Positions 42,763 to 53,204 are shown, counted from the first letter of the stretch. The stretch: 64,000 nucleotides of DNA from Alphaproteobacteria bacterium (GCA_017427405.1 JAFRSV010000014.1:9490-73489), one strand, 5' to 3'. Notes: generated by a model from the sequence alone, not told the origin. Numbers and translations: made by a program.

Positions 42763-43728
42763 TTACACCCTTATTAATGTTGCACCCCACGTCAGCCCGG
42801 CGCCAAACGCGGGATAAAGCACCAGTTGCCCGTGCCGTATTATGTTATTATCGAACGCATACGCCAACGCCAGTGCGCCGGATGCGCCACTGGTATTCGC
42901 ATGTTTGTCCACCGTTATCAAAATCTTTTCTATTGGAAAACCAAGGCGCGCCGCACACGATTCGATAATCCTTATGTTTGCCTGGTGCGGGACAATCCAA
43001 TCGATGTCATCTTGGGTAATACCGGCGTGTTCCATGATATATCGCGCCGCGTCCGGCATCAATGATACCGCCATTTTGTATGTTTCCGGCCCGTTCATAA
43101 CGATTTTATGGTCATTCGACCCGTGCAGCATATCAAATTTTTTCCCATCCGACATAACCACTGTATCGATTATCCCGGAATAACTTGATGTTGACCGTTC
43201 AAATATCAACGCCGCCGCACCGTCACCAAACAGAACCGCCGTAGACCGGTCTTTCATATCAATAAATCGCGACATCTTTTCCGCGCCGATAATCATAATG
43301 CGTTCGTGCATGCCCGCGGTAAAGAATCCGCGCGCACAGTGCAGGGCGTATATATATCCCGTACACGCACCGCGAACATCGAACGCCGGCATATTATTCG
43401 TCGCACCCAAACGCCCCGCAATTTGCACCGCAACCGACGGAAAATCGATTTCTGGTGTGGTTGTCGCAACAATTATCATATCGATATCGTTAATCGAAAG
43501 ATTTGCCTTTTTTAATGCCGCACGCGCCGCGTTTGTCGCCATATCTACAACGGTTTCTTTTTCGTCCGCAAAGTGCCGCGCCCGAATGCCCGTACGTTCA
43601 ACAATCCACGTGTCCGTCGTGTCCATCACGCGTTCCAAGTCCACGTTCGTCACAACGCGCGACGGCAAATAAGAACCATATCCGACAAGTTTATTTCCCA
43701 TTTCAAATCTTCCTAAATCAATGTCCAA
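42763..43728 (-). CDS. fabH: 3-oxoacyl-ACP synthase III (FabH)
   Basis: 321 aa. Active-site region ACTGYIYAL, HQANIRII and GNTSGAS. Confidence 0.9.
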   Translation of the reverse strand: MDIDLGRFEMGNKLVGYGSYLPSRVVTNVDLERVMDTTDTWIVERTGIRARHFADEKETVVDMATNAARAALKKANLSINDIDMIIVATTTPEIDFPSVAVQIAGRLGATNNMPAFDVRGACTGYIYALHCARGFFTAGMHERIMIIGAEKMSRFIDMKDRSTAVLFGDGAAALIFERSTSSYSGIIDTVVMSDGKKFDMLHGSNDHKIVMNGPETYKMAVSLMPDAARYIMEHAGITQDDIDWIVPHQANIRIIESCAARLGFPIEKILITVDKHANTSGASGALALAYAFDNNIIRHGQLVLYPAFGAGLTWGATLIRV

Positions 43729-43790
43729 ACATTATACAGATTTTAATATAACTTGCAATATCAAAATCAAAGATTAAAATATAATCTCGT

Positions 43791-43866
43791 GTCCCCATAG
43801 TTCAATCGGATAGAACAAGTTCCTCCTAAGAATTAGATGTCGGTTCGATTCCGGCTGGGGATACCA
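43791..43866 (+). tRNA. tRNA-Arg (anticodon CCT)
   Basis: Hand-folded. Acceptor GTCCCCA/TGGGGAT (G1-U72), D-arm GTTC/GAAC, anticodon loop CTCCTAA, T-arm GTCGG-TTCGATT-CCGGC, CCA encoded. Confidence 0.85.
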
Positions 43867-43871
43867 AAGAA

Positions 43872-44213
43872 ATGGATTTTATTATGAAAAATCGCGCTGT
43901 TAAAATTGGAATTATCGCCGGAATTTTGCCGCACTTGTTTTGTTGCGTGTTGCCGGTGGTGTTGGGCCTGGTTGGGTTGGTCGCGCCGGGTGCGTTGGAA
44001 AATGACTTTATTCCCGAAAGTGCGGAAATATGGTTGTTCGTGTTTTCGGGACTTATGTTGTGCTTGTCGTGGATTATGTATTTTGGCAATCGCGATTGTA
44101 ATTGCGACCACTGTGGCGCGACGCATCATCATCGCGTGCAAATGATAATTTTAATCTGTATCACAATTTTGACCGTCGCCGGAATTGCGGCGCACTTACT
44201 TTTGCATCACTAA
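43872..44213 (+). CDS. Small membrane protein with MerT-like vicinal-Cys motif (putative metal-ion binding or transport)
   Basis: 113 aa with three hydrophobic segments. HLFCCVLPVVLGLVG resembles the MerT TM1 CC-x-x-P motif. The loop CNCDHCGATHHH is rich in metal ligands. The start could be 43884. Confidence 0.4.
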   Translation: MDFIMKNRAVKIGIIAGILPHLFCCVLPVVLGLVGLVAPGALENDFIPESAEIWLFVFSGLMLCLSWIMYFGNRDCNCDHCGATHHHRVQMIILICITILTVAGIAAHLLLHH

Positions 44214-44219
44214 AAATTT

Positions 44220-46208
44220 TTACCACAAACGTGTCCGCTTTTCGGGTGCAAGATACATTTTGTCGCCGGGTTTTACACCAAACACATCGTACCACGCATC
44301 AATATGCGGCAAAATCCCATTTACGCGCCAACGCTGTAATGAATGTGGGTCGGTTTTTGTCCGGACCAAAACTTGTTCGGGACGAATGTTTCCCGCCCAC
44401 GCGCCCGCATATGCGATAAAGAACCGCATGTCCGGCGAAAGGTTTTGCACCGTTTCTGACGCTTTACCAAAATTTTTATATGCCGTGTATGCAATCGTCA
44501 CGCCACCATAGTCCGCCAAGTTTTCACCCAATGTAAATTCGCCGTTTGCATGCGTGTCGGGCGCAACCAATATGCCATCAAAATAATTCCGCATAACATT
44601 TGCGCGCGCGGTGAATGCGTCCGAATCCGCATCTGTCCACCAATCGCGCATATTTCCATGTTCGTCAAAGTGCCGCCCCGAATCGTCAAACCCATGCGTC
44701 ATTTCATGCCCAATTATCGCGCCAATCGCACCATAGTTAAACGCATCATCCGCGTTCATATCAAAGAACGGCGGTTGCAAAATTCCGGCCGGAAAACAAA
44801 TTTCGTTCGTGGTCGGGTCATAATACGCATTGATTTCGTGCGCATTCATATACCAAAGCGTTGGGTCTTTTTCTTTGCCGATTTTTTCCAACCAAAATTC
44901 ATCTTCGAATTTTGCGACACGCATCATATTTTCAAACAAACTTTCGCCCTTTTCCAAACTCAGTTTCGAATAATCGCGCCATTTGTCCGGATACCCAATC
45001 TTTGCACGAAAGGCATTTAGTTTTCGCAACGCATTTGCGCGCGTTTCATCCGACATCCAATCAACCTTTTGAATACGTGCGGCATACGCCCGACGCAGGT
45101 TTTCCACCAATTCCTGCATACGTTTTTTCGCGGCGGCCGGAAAATATTTTGACACATAAAGCCGCCCGATTTCTTCACCAATTGCGCCGTCAATCATACC
45201 AACCGCGCGTTTCCACCGTGGTTTTTGTTCACGCTGGCCCGACATTTCACGATTGAAAAAGTCAAATGATATTTCATACGTGTCATCATCCAACAACGAA
45301 TCGGCCGCCAAAATAATTTGATATTTCAAATATGCCTTTATTAAACCAAGGTCGGTATCATTTATAATTTTTATTGATTCTTTTATCGCCTCTGGCTGAC
45401 CAACATCGATAAATTCTGCGGCGTTCGCACCACGCGCATCGAAATATGTTTTCCAATCGAATCCGTCATATTCACGCATAAAATCATCGCGCGATATTTT
45501 ATGATAGTTTGCATGCGGGTCGCGCAATTTTTCTTTTGGGTAAAAAGACCGTGCCATGCGTTCTTCGAATTCATAGATTTTTTTCGCGTCCGCATCCACA
45601 CCGAAATTTTTTAATTGTTTTGCAATAAATTCGATATATTTTTTGCGAATGTCTTTTGTGCGTGCATCATCATCAAAATAATAATCGCGCGGTAATCCAA
45701 TTCCCGCCTGGTTCAGGCCATATATAAAATGTTCGCTGTCGCCGGCATCGATTCCAACCGTGTCACCCCAAAAGCCGGAAAAATACGCATGACTTTTACC
45801 AAGGTATTTTGGTAAATCAGATTTTGATTTTATAGCATCGATTTTTTCAAAATATGGTCTTACAGGATTCGTTTTGTCGGCGTTTAATTTTTCCGCGTTC
45901 ATCGCAACACTGTAAAGCAATCCGATTTTTCCATCGTCTTTTTCGGCAATTTCGCGCACGCGGTTAAGGTTTGTGTCAATCAAAACCTCAAACACACCAT
46001 ATCGGGTGTAATCGTCAGGAATCGGATTTGCGCGCCGCCAACGCAATGTCACATAGTCAAAAAAATCATCCGTCGGATTTATTGAAAAATCTATGTTATT
46101 CATATCTATACCAATGCCCATTTTTTTACCCCCTTTGATTTGTATTGCAAACATTACCGCAAAAGCCACGGCGATAATTCCAAAAATGTTTAATAAAGTA
46201 TGTCGCAT
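44220..46208 (-). CDS. M13-family zinc metallopeptidase (PepO / endothelin-converting-enzyme-like)
   Basis: 662 aa. N-terminal anchor, NAYY, HEMTHGFDD (HExxH) and GENLADYGG motifs. Confidence 0.85.
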   Translation of the reverse strand: MRHTLLNIFGIIAVAFAVMFAIQIKGGKKMGIGIDMNNIDFSINPTDDFFDYVTLRWRRANPIPDDYTRYGVFEVLIDTNLNRVREIAEKDDGKIGLLYSVAMNAEKLNADKTNPVRPYFEKIDAIKSKSDLPKYLGKSHAYFSGFWGDTVGIDAGDSEHFIYGLNQAGIGLPRDYYFDDDARTKDIRKKYIEFIAKQLKNFGVDADAKKIYEFEERMARSFYPKEKLRDPHANYHKISRDDFMREYDGFDWKTYFDARGANAAEFIDVGQPEAIKESIKIINDTDLGLIKAYLKYQIILAADSLLDDDTYEISFDFFNREMSGQREQKPRWKRAVGMIDGAIGEEIGRLYVSKYFPAAAKKRMQELVENLRRAYAARIQKVDWMSDETRANALRKLNAFRAKIGYPDKWRDYSKLSLEKGESLFENMMRVAKFEDEFWLEKIGKEKDPTLWYMNAHEINAYYDPTTNEICFPAGILQPPFFDMNADDAFNYGAIGAIIGHEMTHGFDDSGRHFDEHGNMRDWWTDADSDAFTARANVMRNYFDGILVAPDTHANGEFTLGENLADYGGVTIAYTAYKNFGKASETVQNLSPDMRFFIAYAGAWAGNIRPEQVLVRTKTDPHSLQRWRVNGILPHIDAWYDVFGVKPGDKMYLAPEKRTRLW

Positions 46209-46209
46209 T

Positions 46210-47268
46210 TTATTTCACCAACCTTTCGATTAAATTATCAAGAATCAAAATCCCCGCATCGGTTGCGCGAATTCGATTGTCGGGTCTAAACTCTATCACA
46301 TCGGGATTTGATTTTGCAAATTCTATATCAATTATTTTTTTTATCGCGTCATCAACAAAAACACCACGCCGTGTCCGCATGCCGGTTATAACGCGTTCCG
46401 TTGCGCGCGCGGAATCAGATAACGATTCGAATAATTTTCCATCACCCATTTGTTCATACCACATATTATCTATCAAAATTCGTCCCGCCGCACCATCACC
46501 GATTCCAATATAGGGTGCGCCATCCCAAACATTTTGATTGTGCCGGCATTCCGCACCATCCACCGCATAGTTCGAAACTTCATAACGATTTAATTTTAAT
46601 GTTTTCGCAATCGCCATATACATTTCCGCCATTGTTTCATTAGACGGCATTTGCAAATTCATTTTTCCAAATGGCGTGTTTGGTTCAATCGTCAATTCAT
46701 ACATCGAACAATGCGAAAGTCCGATTCTGTTTATTGCATCACATGTTTTTATTACATCGTCAACAGTGTCCGATGGCAATCCATAAATAAAATCGGCCGA
46801 AACATTTTTAATTTGCGACATTGCAATATCAATTAGTCGCCGCGCATCATCGGCATTGTGTGCCCGCCCAAGAAAAAGCAGTTTTTCATCATCAAAAGAT
46901 TGCACCCCAATTGAAACCCGATTCGCGCCCGCATCACAAAATTCACGTAATCGCACCATATCAAGTGTTTTTGGATTTGCCTCTATCGTGATTTCTGCAT
47001 TGTCCAATAGATTAAAATTTTCATAGGTTGCATTTATTATTTTTGCAAAAATTTTTGTTGGCAAAAGTGACGGTGTTCCACCACCAAAGAAAATTGTTGG
47101 CACCGAAATCCGTCCCAATATATCATGCCAATGTTTTATCTCTGTGATAATTTTTTTTGCATACGATTCCCAATCCGGGTTCGCACACGCGCGCGAAAAA
47201 AAGGCACAATAGTTGCACTTTGAAATACAAAACGGAACATGAATATAAATGTTGTGCGGCGCGTTCAT
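46210..47268 (-). CDS. hemW: Radical SAM HemN-family protein (heme chaperone HemW-like)
   Basis: YIHVPFCISKCNYCAFFS (CxxxCxxC) and GGGTPSLL. Internal ATG at 47268 (MNAPHNIYIH). Confidence 0.85.
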   Translation of the reverse strand: MNAPHNIYIHVPFCISKCNYCAFFSRACANPDWESYAKKIITEIKHWHDILGRISVPTIFFGGGTPSLLPTKIFAKIINATYENFNLLDNAEITIEANPKTLDMVRLREFCDAGANRVSIGVQSFDDEKLLFLGRAHNADDARRLIDIAMSQIKNVSADFIYGLPSDTVDDVIKTCDAINRIGLSHCSMYELTIEPNTPFGKMNLQMPSNETMAEMYMAIAKTLKLNRYEVSNYAVDGAECRHNQNVWDGAPYIGIGDGAAGRILIDNMWYEQMGDGKLFESLSDSARATERVITGMRTRRGVFVDDAIKKIIDIEFAKSNPDVIEFRPDNRIRATDAGILILDNLIERLVK

Positions 47269-47376
47269 AACCCCGATATTACAACGGGTATAAAAATCTG
47301 CAACAAAAAATGCAAATAGCATAAAATAGTTGTTTACAAAATAATGTCGATGTTATAATATCGCATTGAAAGGAAA

Positions 47377-48909
47377 GTGATGAAACGGGGAATAATATCG
47401 TTTTTGCCGGCAATGTTGATACATTGTGCCGCATTCGCGGTGAATGAAGGCGTGCCGTCTTATTACCAAGATGCCCCAACGGTAAACACAAACCAATCAA
47501 ATTATGGCGCGTATGCCAACAATGGTTATACAAAATATATCGGTAAAACCGGTGAAAAGCAGGTTGTCGGAACACGAACGTATTCATACACAACCGAAAG
47601 ACGTAATCGTCCCGTTCCAACAATCGAAGAATATTCTGAAAATTTAACATATGCCACCGCGGGCACCATGACGGTAAATGGTCTTGGGTTGGATCCGGAA
47701 ATGGAACCATCAACATATCTTTATGCGGGGTATTCACGCCGTTTCGCAAATTTCGAATTCAAGACGGGCGTAAATTCGATACTTAAATGGGACGATATGA
47801 TTTTTGACGAAATAAATGTCGGCGCGCGTCACGTGTTTTCATTTGGTAATTTTGATGTGTTTGCTTTTGCTGATTATGCATACGGCAAAATGTCAAGTGG
47901 TGGACTTTCTATGGACTATGATTTGGAACCGTATGATTGGTCGGAACCCGAATACGGAATATTTACGATTTCGATGGGTGGGCAATCTGGGGATTCGCAT
48001 CATTTGCGCCTTGGGATTGGGGCAAAACATATTTGGAATATTGGCGGGTGGAAAGTGTCGCCGGTCATTGGTTATGAAATTTTCAAACACAATTTGGAAA
48101 TGTCTGATCACCTGTATCCGAACCAGGGGATATATTTACCACTTATGACAAATTTGGGCGAATATGTCTATGGGGATGAGGAGGGTAATTATTATTCGTT
48201 GCCGATTGATGTGTTGCCGCCTGAAACCTGGTACCAGGTTTGCATGGGTCCCGAAGATATCAAGGTTGTAAATCAAAACGGTTCATCAACGGGGTATGTC
48301 ACATACCTTGGTGATGTTTTGCAAACAATGGATTACAACGAACAAACAATGGGTAATTTGCCATGGGGGGTGTATGCGGGTGACTGTGTCATCATTGGTG
48401 GTGACGGACCGATAAGGGTTGGTGGTCTTACGCACATTTATAACACAACGTGGGGTGGTTTCTACTTTGGACTAGAGGTTGAAAAGCAAATGACATTGGC
48501 GGACAAATTGCGTTTGTATTTTCAGGTTGGTATGCCAAAGTATTCATCCGAAGGTATTTGGCCCAATCGGACGGATTGGCAACAAAACCCAAGTTTTTTG
48601 GACGAAGGAACAAATGGTTCATACACATACGCGGCCGAAATGGAATATGATGTCCGTGTTGCGTCGCGGTTGCAATTGGCAATAAAGGTTGACACGAACT
48701 TTTTCCATGTTGGAAAAATACCTGGGAAACTTTATATTGCCGAATATACCGAATTTGTATTGGATGAAAACGGACAATATGCGGTTGATGAAAATGGGTT
48801 GCCATATCTGCAAACGGTTCCGGCGCACACCGAAAATGTGAGCGAGTCATTAAAATACGCCGATTGGCAATCGTTTGGTGTTCACCTTGGGTTCAAATAT
48901 ACATTTTAG
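47377..48909 (+). CDS. Outer-membrane beta-barrel protein (porin-like), unknown family
   Basis: Signal peptide MMKRGIISFLPAMLIHCAAFA, abundant aromatic/Gly strand pattern, and a C-terminal GFKYTF. Confidence 0.6.
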   Translation: MMKRGIISFLPAMLIHCAAFAVNEGVPSYYQDAPTVNTNQSNYGAYANNGYTKYIGKTGEKQVVGTRTYSYTTERRNRPVPTIEEYSENLTYATAGTMTVNGLGLDPEMEPSTYLYAGYSRRFANFEFKTGVNSILKWDDMIFDEINVGARHVFSFGNFDVFAFADYAYGKMSSGGLSMDYDLEPYDWSEPEYGIFTISMGGQSGDSHHLRLGIGAKHIWNIGGWKVSPVIGYEIFKHNLEMSDHLYPNQGIYLPLMTNLGEYVYGDEEGNYYSLPIDVLPPETWYQVCMGPEDIKVVNQNGSSTGYVTYLGDVLQTMDYNEQTMGNLPWGVYAGDCVIIGGDGPIRVGGLTHIYNTTWGGFYFGLEVEKQMTLADKLRLYFQVGMPKYSSEGIWPNRTDWQQNPSFLDEGTNGSYTYAAEMEYDVRVASRLQLAIKVDTNFFHVGKIPGKLYIAEYTEFVLDENGQYAVDENGLPYLQTVPAHTENVSESLKYADWQSFGVHLGFKYTF

Positions 48910-48911
48910 TG

Positions 48912-49937
48912 ATGAAATTTGTGTTTAGTATAATTTTTACAGGATTCTTTTTTTGCGCGGCATTCGCGGACAGTGGCGAATTTGATATGGCACGTTGGAA
49001 GGGAATAATGGATGATGTTCGCGCGCGTGCAACCGCACAAAATATATCAGAATCAACAATAAATGATACGTTGCGTTCGCCCGCGTTTATTCCGTCAATT
49101 GTAAAAAGTGATAAAAATCAATCCGAATTCAAATTGACATTGGACGAATACCTTAAACGCACGGTCAATTCAACACGGATTTCGCGTGGTCACCAAATGA
49201 AGGCAAAATATCCAACATTGCTTTCGCGGGTTGAAAGTGACTATGGTTTGCCCCCGCATGTAATACTTGCATTTTGGGGCATGGAATCAAACTATGGCGA
49301 AGTAAAAGCACGCCATCGTTTGGTTGATGCGTTCTTTACATTGATGTATGATGGCCGGCGTGAAAAGTTCTTTGGTGACCAATTGTTGGCGCTAATGAAA
49401 ATTGCAGATAAAAATTCATTGGATATAAATAAAATCAGTGGCAGTTGGGCGGGCGCCATGGGTCATTTTCAATTTATTCCAACAACACTTGCATCGTATG
49501 GTGTGGACGGAAATGGCGACGGACGGGTCGATATTATCAATAGTGTTGGCGATGCGATGGCCAGTGCGGGAAATTACCTGAACAAACTTGGGTGGAATAA
49601 AAATGAAAAAATCGTGCGTCGCGTGATTTTGTCGGCGGATTTTGATACGTCGCTGATGGACGGCAAAACAAAAAAAACATTGGATGAATGGGCGCGTATG
49701 GGGGTGTTGAACCCGGATGGAACCAAAATCCCGACTGGTAAAATGGTGGCGGGTTTGGTTGCGGATGTGGCGAATTTGCCGGAACCCACATTGGATGAAA
49801 ACCCGGATTCCGACATTGCACCACGTCCGGTAATAACGGCATATCTGACCTATCCAAATTTTTATCGTATCAAGAAATGGAATAATTCAAATTGGTACGC
49901 GATTGCGATTGCGGAACTTTCGGACAAATTGAAATAA
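48912..49937 (+). CDS. mltB: Lytic murein transglycosylase (MltB family)
   Basis: Signal peptide MKFVFSIIFTGFFFCAAFA. Motifs FWGMESNYG, GSWAGAMGHFQFIPTT and WNNSNWYAIAIAEL. Confidence 0.8.
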   Translation: MKFVFSIIFTGFFFCAAFADSGEFDMARWKGIMDDVRARATAQNISESTINDTLRSPAFIPSIVKSDKNQSEFKLTLDEYLKRTVNSTRISRGHQMKAKYPTLLSRVESDYGLPPHVILAFWGMESNYGEVKARHRLVDAFFTLMYDGRREKFFGDQLLALMKIADKNSLDINKISGSWAGAMGHFQFIPTTLASYGVDGNGDGRVDIINSVGDAMASAGNYLNKLGWNKNEKIVRRVILSADFDTSLMDGKTKKTLDEWARMGVLNPDGTKIPTGKMVAGLVADVANLPEPTLDENPDSDIAPRPVITAYLTYPNFYRIKKWNNSNWYAIAIAELSDKLK

Positions 49938-50030
49938 TTTTCCCAAAAAAAAATTAAAAAAATAAAAAGATTGCACCGGCATCTTTTGTTTGGTATTCTT
50001 AGAAATGATTCTTAAAGCAAGGAATTTATT

Positions 50031-50987
50031 ATGGCTATCAAGGTTCGTGATTTCGAAGTTCGTTTAACACACACCAAAGAAGAACGGCGCATGGTGCGCG
50101 CGTTGCGCTATGATGTTTTTGTCGAAGAAGAAGGTGCAACCCCGACACCCGAACAAAAAGAATTGCACGAAGAATTTGATGAATTTGATAAATATGCCGA
50201 ATATATGGCGGTGTTTCATAACGGGAAAATTGTTGGTACCTATCGTATTATTGATAAAAAGGCCGCGGACAAAATGGGCGGTTTTTATACCGAAACTGAA
50301 TTTAACATTTCAAAAATAAAAAAGGCATCTGATAACATCGCGGAAATGTCGCGTGCATGCGTGGCGCGTGAATATCGCGAAAATGCGTTGGTTATGCGTA
50401 TGCTGTGGGCGGGACTTAGTGAATATGTCTTGCGCCGGCGCATTGCGGTTTTGTTTGGTGTTGCATCTTGGGTTGGACAAAAGCCTGTTGAATCGGCCCA
50501 GGCGATATCGTATCTGTATTACAATTACCTTTCGCCACTGCGTTTGCGCGCGCGTGTGATTCCCGAACGGTTTGCGGACGGTGTTGACCAACGTATGTCG
50601 AAAATGAACATTTTGCCACGCGCCTTTGTGGACGAAGAAATTGCAAAAAAGCAAATGACCCCACTTATCAAGGGGTACCTGCGTATGGGTGCCACATTTG
50701 GTCAGGGTGTATTTATTGACAAACCGTTTAACACATACGATGTCTTTGTTATGTTGCAAACGAAAAATATGGATGCCGCGTATCAAAAGCATTTTTATGG
50801 TCGTGAAAACGCATTGGAACATTTGGATGTAAAACGTCGCCCGATTCAAACGCTGGGCAAAATAATGCTTATGCCGATAACGGGGTCGTTAAATGTTCTT
50901 GGCGCATTCTTTGAATTTTTATTGCGCGAAGATGCGGCGGACGCGGAATTTATCGAAGAATCACAAAATCCGGACGAAGAACAATAA
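50031..50987 (+). CDS. olsB: GNAT-type N-acyltransferase, ornithine-lipid synthase OlsB-like
   Basis: 318 aa. DEFDKYAEYMAV...VGTYRI, EMSRACVAREYR and IKGYLRMGATFG. Followed directly by an acyltransferase gene (olsB-olsA arrangement). Confidence 0.7.
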   Translation: MAIKVRDFEVRLTHTKEERRMVRALRYDVFVEEEGATPTPEQKELHEEFDEFDKYAEYMAVFHNGKIVGTYRIIDKKAADKMGGFYTETEFNISKIKKASDNIAEMSRACVAREYRENALVMRMLWAGLSEYVLRRRIAVLFGVASWVGQKPVESAQAISYLYYNYLSPLRLRARVIPERFADGVDQRMSKMNILPRAFVDEEIAKKQMTPLIKGYLRMGATFGQGVFIDKPFNTYDVFVMLQTKNMDAAYQKHFYGRENALEHLDVKRRPIQTLGKIMLMPITGSLNVLGAFFEFLLREDAADAEFIEESQNPDEEQ

Positions 50988-50988
50988 A

Positions 50989-51822
50989 ATGACAATGGTA
51001 CGCAGGCAAAATTTTTCCAATACGATTACGGGCGCACTACGCTTTATGGTGTTTTGGATAATGGTCTTTTTGCAATTGCCAATACTTTTGGTATTGCCGG
51101 CGCGGAAAAAGATAACCGTAAAGTATATGTCCATCTTTATGCGGATTTTCTTGTTTATCGCCGGCGTTAAAATTGTAAAGCATGGGACATTATCGCCGCG
51201 GCGGCCACTGCTGGTTGCGGGTAATCATATTTCCGTGTTTGAAATCGCAACTTTCCCGGTTATGTTCGGCGGAACATTTATTTCGAAAAATGATGTCCGC
51301 AATTGGCCACTGGTCGGATGGATTGCGAACAAGTTCGGTGTTGTATTCATTGACCGTCGACCGTCGCATGCGGCCGAAGTCCTGGCCCAGGTGCAAAAAG
51401 AAATCATGAACATCGATTGGCCACTTTATGTTTTCCCCGAAGGAACAACAACCAACGGCGCGTATGTGAAGGATTTCAAAAGCCCGCTGTTCAATGTGGC
51501 CGAGGGCGCCGATGTCACCGTTCAACCAGTTGTCGTTCAATATTGTTATCGTGATGGCACGCCGATAAACGATGCGGACTTGGCGGAACACTATGCGTAT
51601 TTCGATAACGCGAAACAGACCGCAGGCCCCAAGTGTTCCCGCGAACGCAGTGCATTTGGTCAAATCTTTCACATCATGGTCTTGGGCGGATTCCGCGTGA
51701 ACGTTTATATGTTGCCGCCACCGCCATTGGCGGGACAAGACAGAAAACAAATCGCAGAAACAATGTACGAAATAATTTCAAAAAAATATATGGAACTTAA
51801 AAGGGATAAAAATGAGAATTGA
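50989..51822 (+). CDS. olsA: Lyso-ornithine lipid O-acyltransferase / PlsC-family acyltransferase (OlsA-like)
   Basis: AGNHISVFE (HxxxxD/E block) and FPEGTTTNG. The ATG at 50989 lies 1 nt after the olsB stop, so the track ORF is trimmed. Confidence 0.7.
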   Translation: MTMVRRQNFSNTITGALRFMVFWIMVFLQLPILLVLPARKKITVKYMSIFMRIFLFIAGVKIVKHGTLSPRRPLLVAGNHISVFEIATFPVMFGGTFISKNDVRNWPLVGWIANKFGVVFIDRRPSHAAEVLAQVQKEIMNIDWPLYVFPEGTTTNGAYVKDFKSPLFNVAEGADVTVQPVVVQYCYRDGTPINDADLAEHYAYFDNAKQTAGPKCSRERSAFGQIFHIMVLGGFRVNVYMLPPPPLAGQDRKQIAETMYEIISKKYMELKRDKNEN

Positions 51823-53104
51823 AAATTTATGTGTAAAAAGACAAATTGGTGATGTTGCGGGTGCAACTACGCGTGGCCATAAAATGGCGGTCCGGGGCGG
51901 ATATATCTATCAAACTTTTCAAGGAGGATATACACTAACGCCGACCGGTTGGCGCGTTGTTCATAAAATTGAAAATATTATTCGCGATGAAATGGATAAA
52001 ATCGACGGCCAAGAAATCCTAATGCCGGTCGTATGCACTGCGGATTTGTGGCGCGAAACCGGTCGTTATGATGCGATGGCGGTGCTTGCAAAATTCAAAG
52101 GTTCATCGGGTGCGGACTATGTGATATGTCCAACACATGAAGAGGTTGTGACTGATTACGCGCGTTCTGTCATTGGTTCTTATCGTCAGTTGCCGTTTAT
52201 GCTGTATCAAATTCAAACAAAGTTCCGTGATGAATTGCGCGTGCGTGCGGGTTTGATTCGCACCCGTGAATTTATCATGAAGGACGGTTATTCTTTCCAT
52301 GAAACCCAAGAAGACCTGGAACGGTATTATAAACTTTGTTTTGATGCGTATTATCGCATATTCCGTCGTTGTGGATTAAAGAATATTGTTGACGTTATGT
52401 CGTCAACGGGTGATATGGGCGGTGCGGTCGCGCATGAATTCCAATTGGTCAACGAAATGGGCGAAGATACACTTTATATCTGTGATTGTGGTTTTCGCGC
52501 GAACAAAGAACTGGAGGATCAACAGGGCGGTGGCGAAAACGCCGTTTGCCCAAAGTGTGGTAAACCGATGCAAAAGGTTCGTGGTATTGAAATCGGAAAT
52601 ATTTTCCAACTTGGGAAAAAATATACCGATTCAATGCACATGACCTATACCGCGGCGGACGGCACGGAAAAGACACCGATTATGGGTTGCTATGGCATCG
52701 GTGTTGGTCGCACCATGGCGGCAATTTTGGAAGAAAGCGCGGACGACAACGGCCCGATTTGGAATATGGAAACCGCACCTTTTGCGGTAGAGGTTATCGG
52801 CCTTGTTGACAAAGAAAACAAAACTTTGCCGATGGCGGAAAAAATTTATAATGAATTGAAAAATGCGGGCGTTGATGTATTGCTTGATTCGCGTGATATC
52901 CGCGCCGGTGAAAAATTTGCGGATGCGGATTTAATCGCGGCGCCAATTCGCCTAATTGTATCGGAAAAGAATCTTTCGCGTAATGTGATTGAGGTTAAAT
53001 ACCGTGTTAACGATTTTGACACATCGTCGTTACCAAACGAATTCAAAATTGAAACTTGCGTTGCGGATACTTTGACCACAATACAAAAATTGCTATATAA
53101 ATAA
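51812..53104 (+). CDS. proS: Prolyl-tRNA synthetase (short form without the large editing insertion)
   Basis: 430 aa. Class II motifs YQIQTKFRDELRVRAGLIRTREFIMKDGYSFH and GIEIGNIFQLGKKYT, plus a Cys cluster CDCG...CPKCG. Confidence 0.9.
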   Translation: MRIENLCVKRQIGDVAGATTRGHKMAVRGGYIYQTFQGGYTLTPTGWRVVHKIENIIRDEMDKIDGQEILMPVVCTADLWRETGRYDAMAVLAKFKGSSGADYVICPTHEEVVTDYARSVIGSYRQLPFMLYQIQTKFRDELRVRAGLIRTREFIMKDGYSFHETQEDLERYYKLCFDAYYRIFRRCGLKNIVDVMSSTGDMGGAVAHEFQLVNEMGEDTLYICDCGFRANKELEDQQGGGENAVCPKCGKPMQKVRGIEIGNIFQLGKKYTDSMHMTYTAADGTEKTPIMGCYGIGVGRTMAAILEESADDNGPIWNMETAPFAVEVIGLVDKENKTLPMAEKIYNELKNAGVDVLLDSRDIRAGEKFADADLIAAPIRLIVSEKNLSRNVIEVKYRVNDFDTSSLPNEFKIETCVADTLTTIQKLLYK

Positions 53105-53123
53105 AAAAACAAAACATAAAATC

Positions 53124-53148
53124 AAAACGGGGATTTACCCCGTTTTTT
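53124..53148 (+). terminator. Intrinsic terminator after proS
   Basis: aaaacgggg-attt-accccgtttttt. Confidence 0.7.
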
Positions 53149-53204
53149 GTTTGTTGTTTTTGTGAAAATATGGTACAATACCTGCATAAAAAGGGGGTCA
53201 AATT

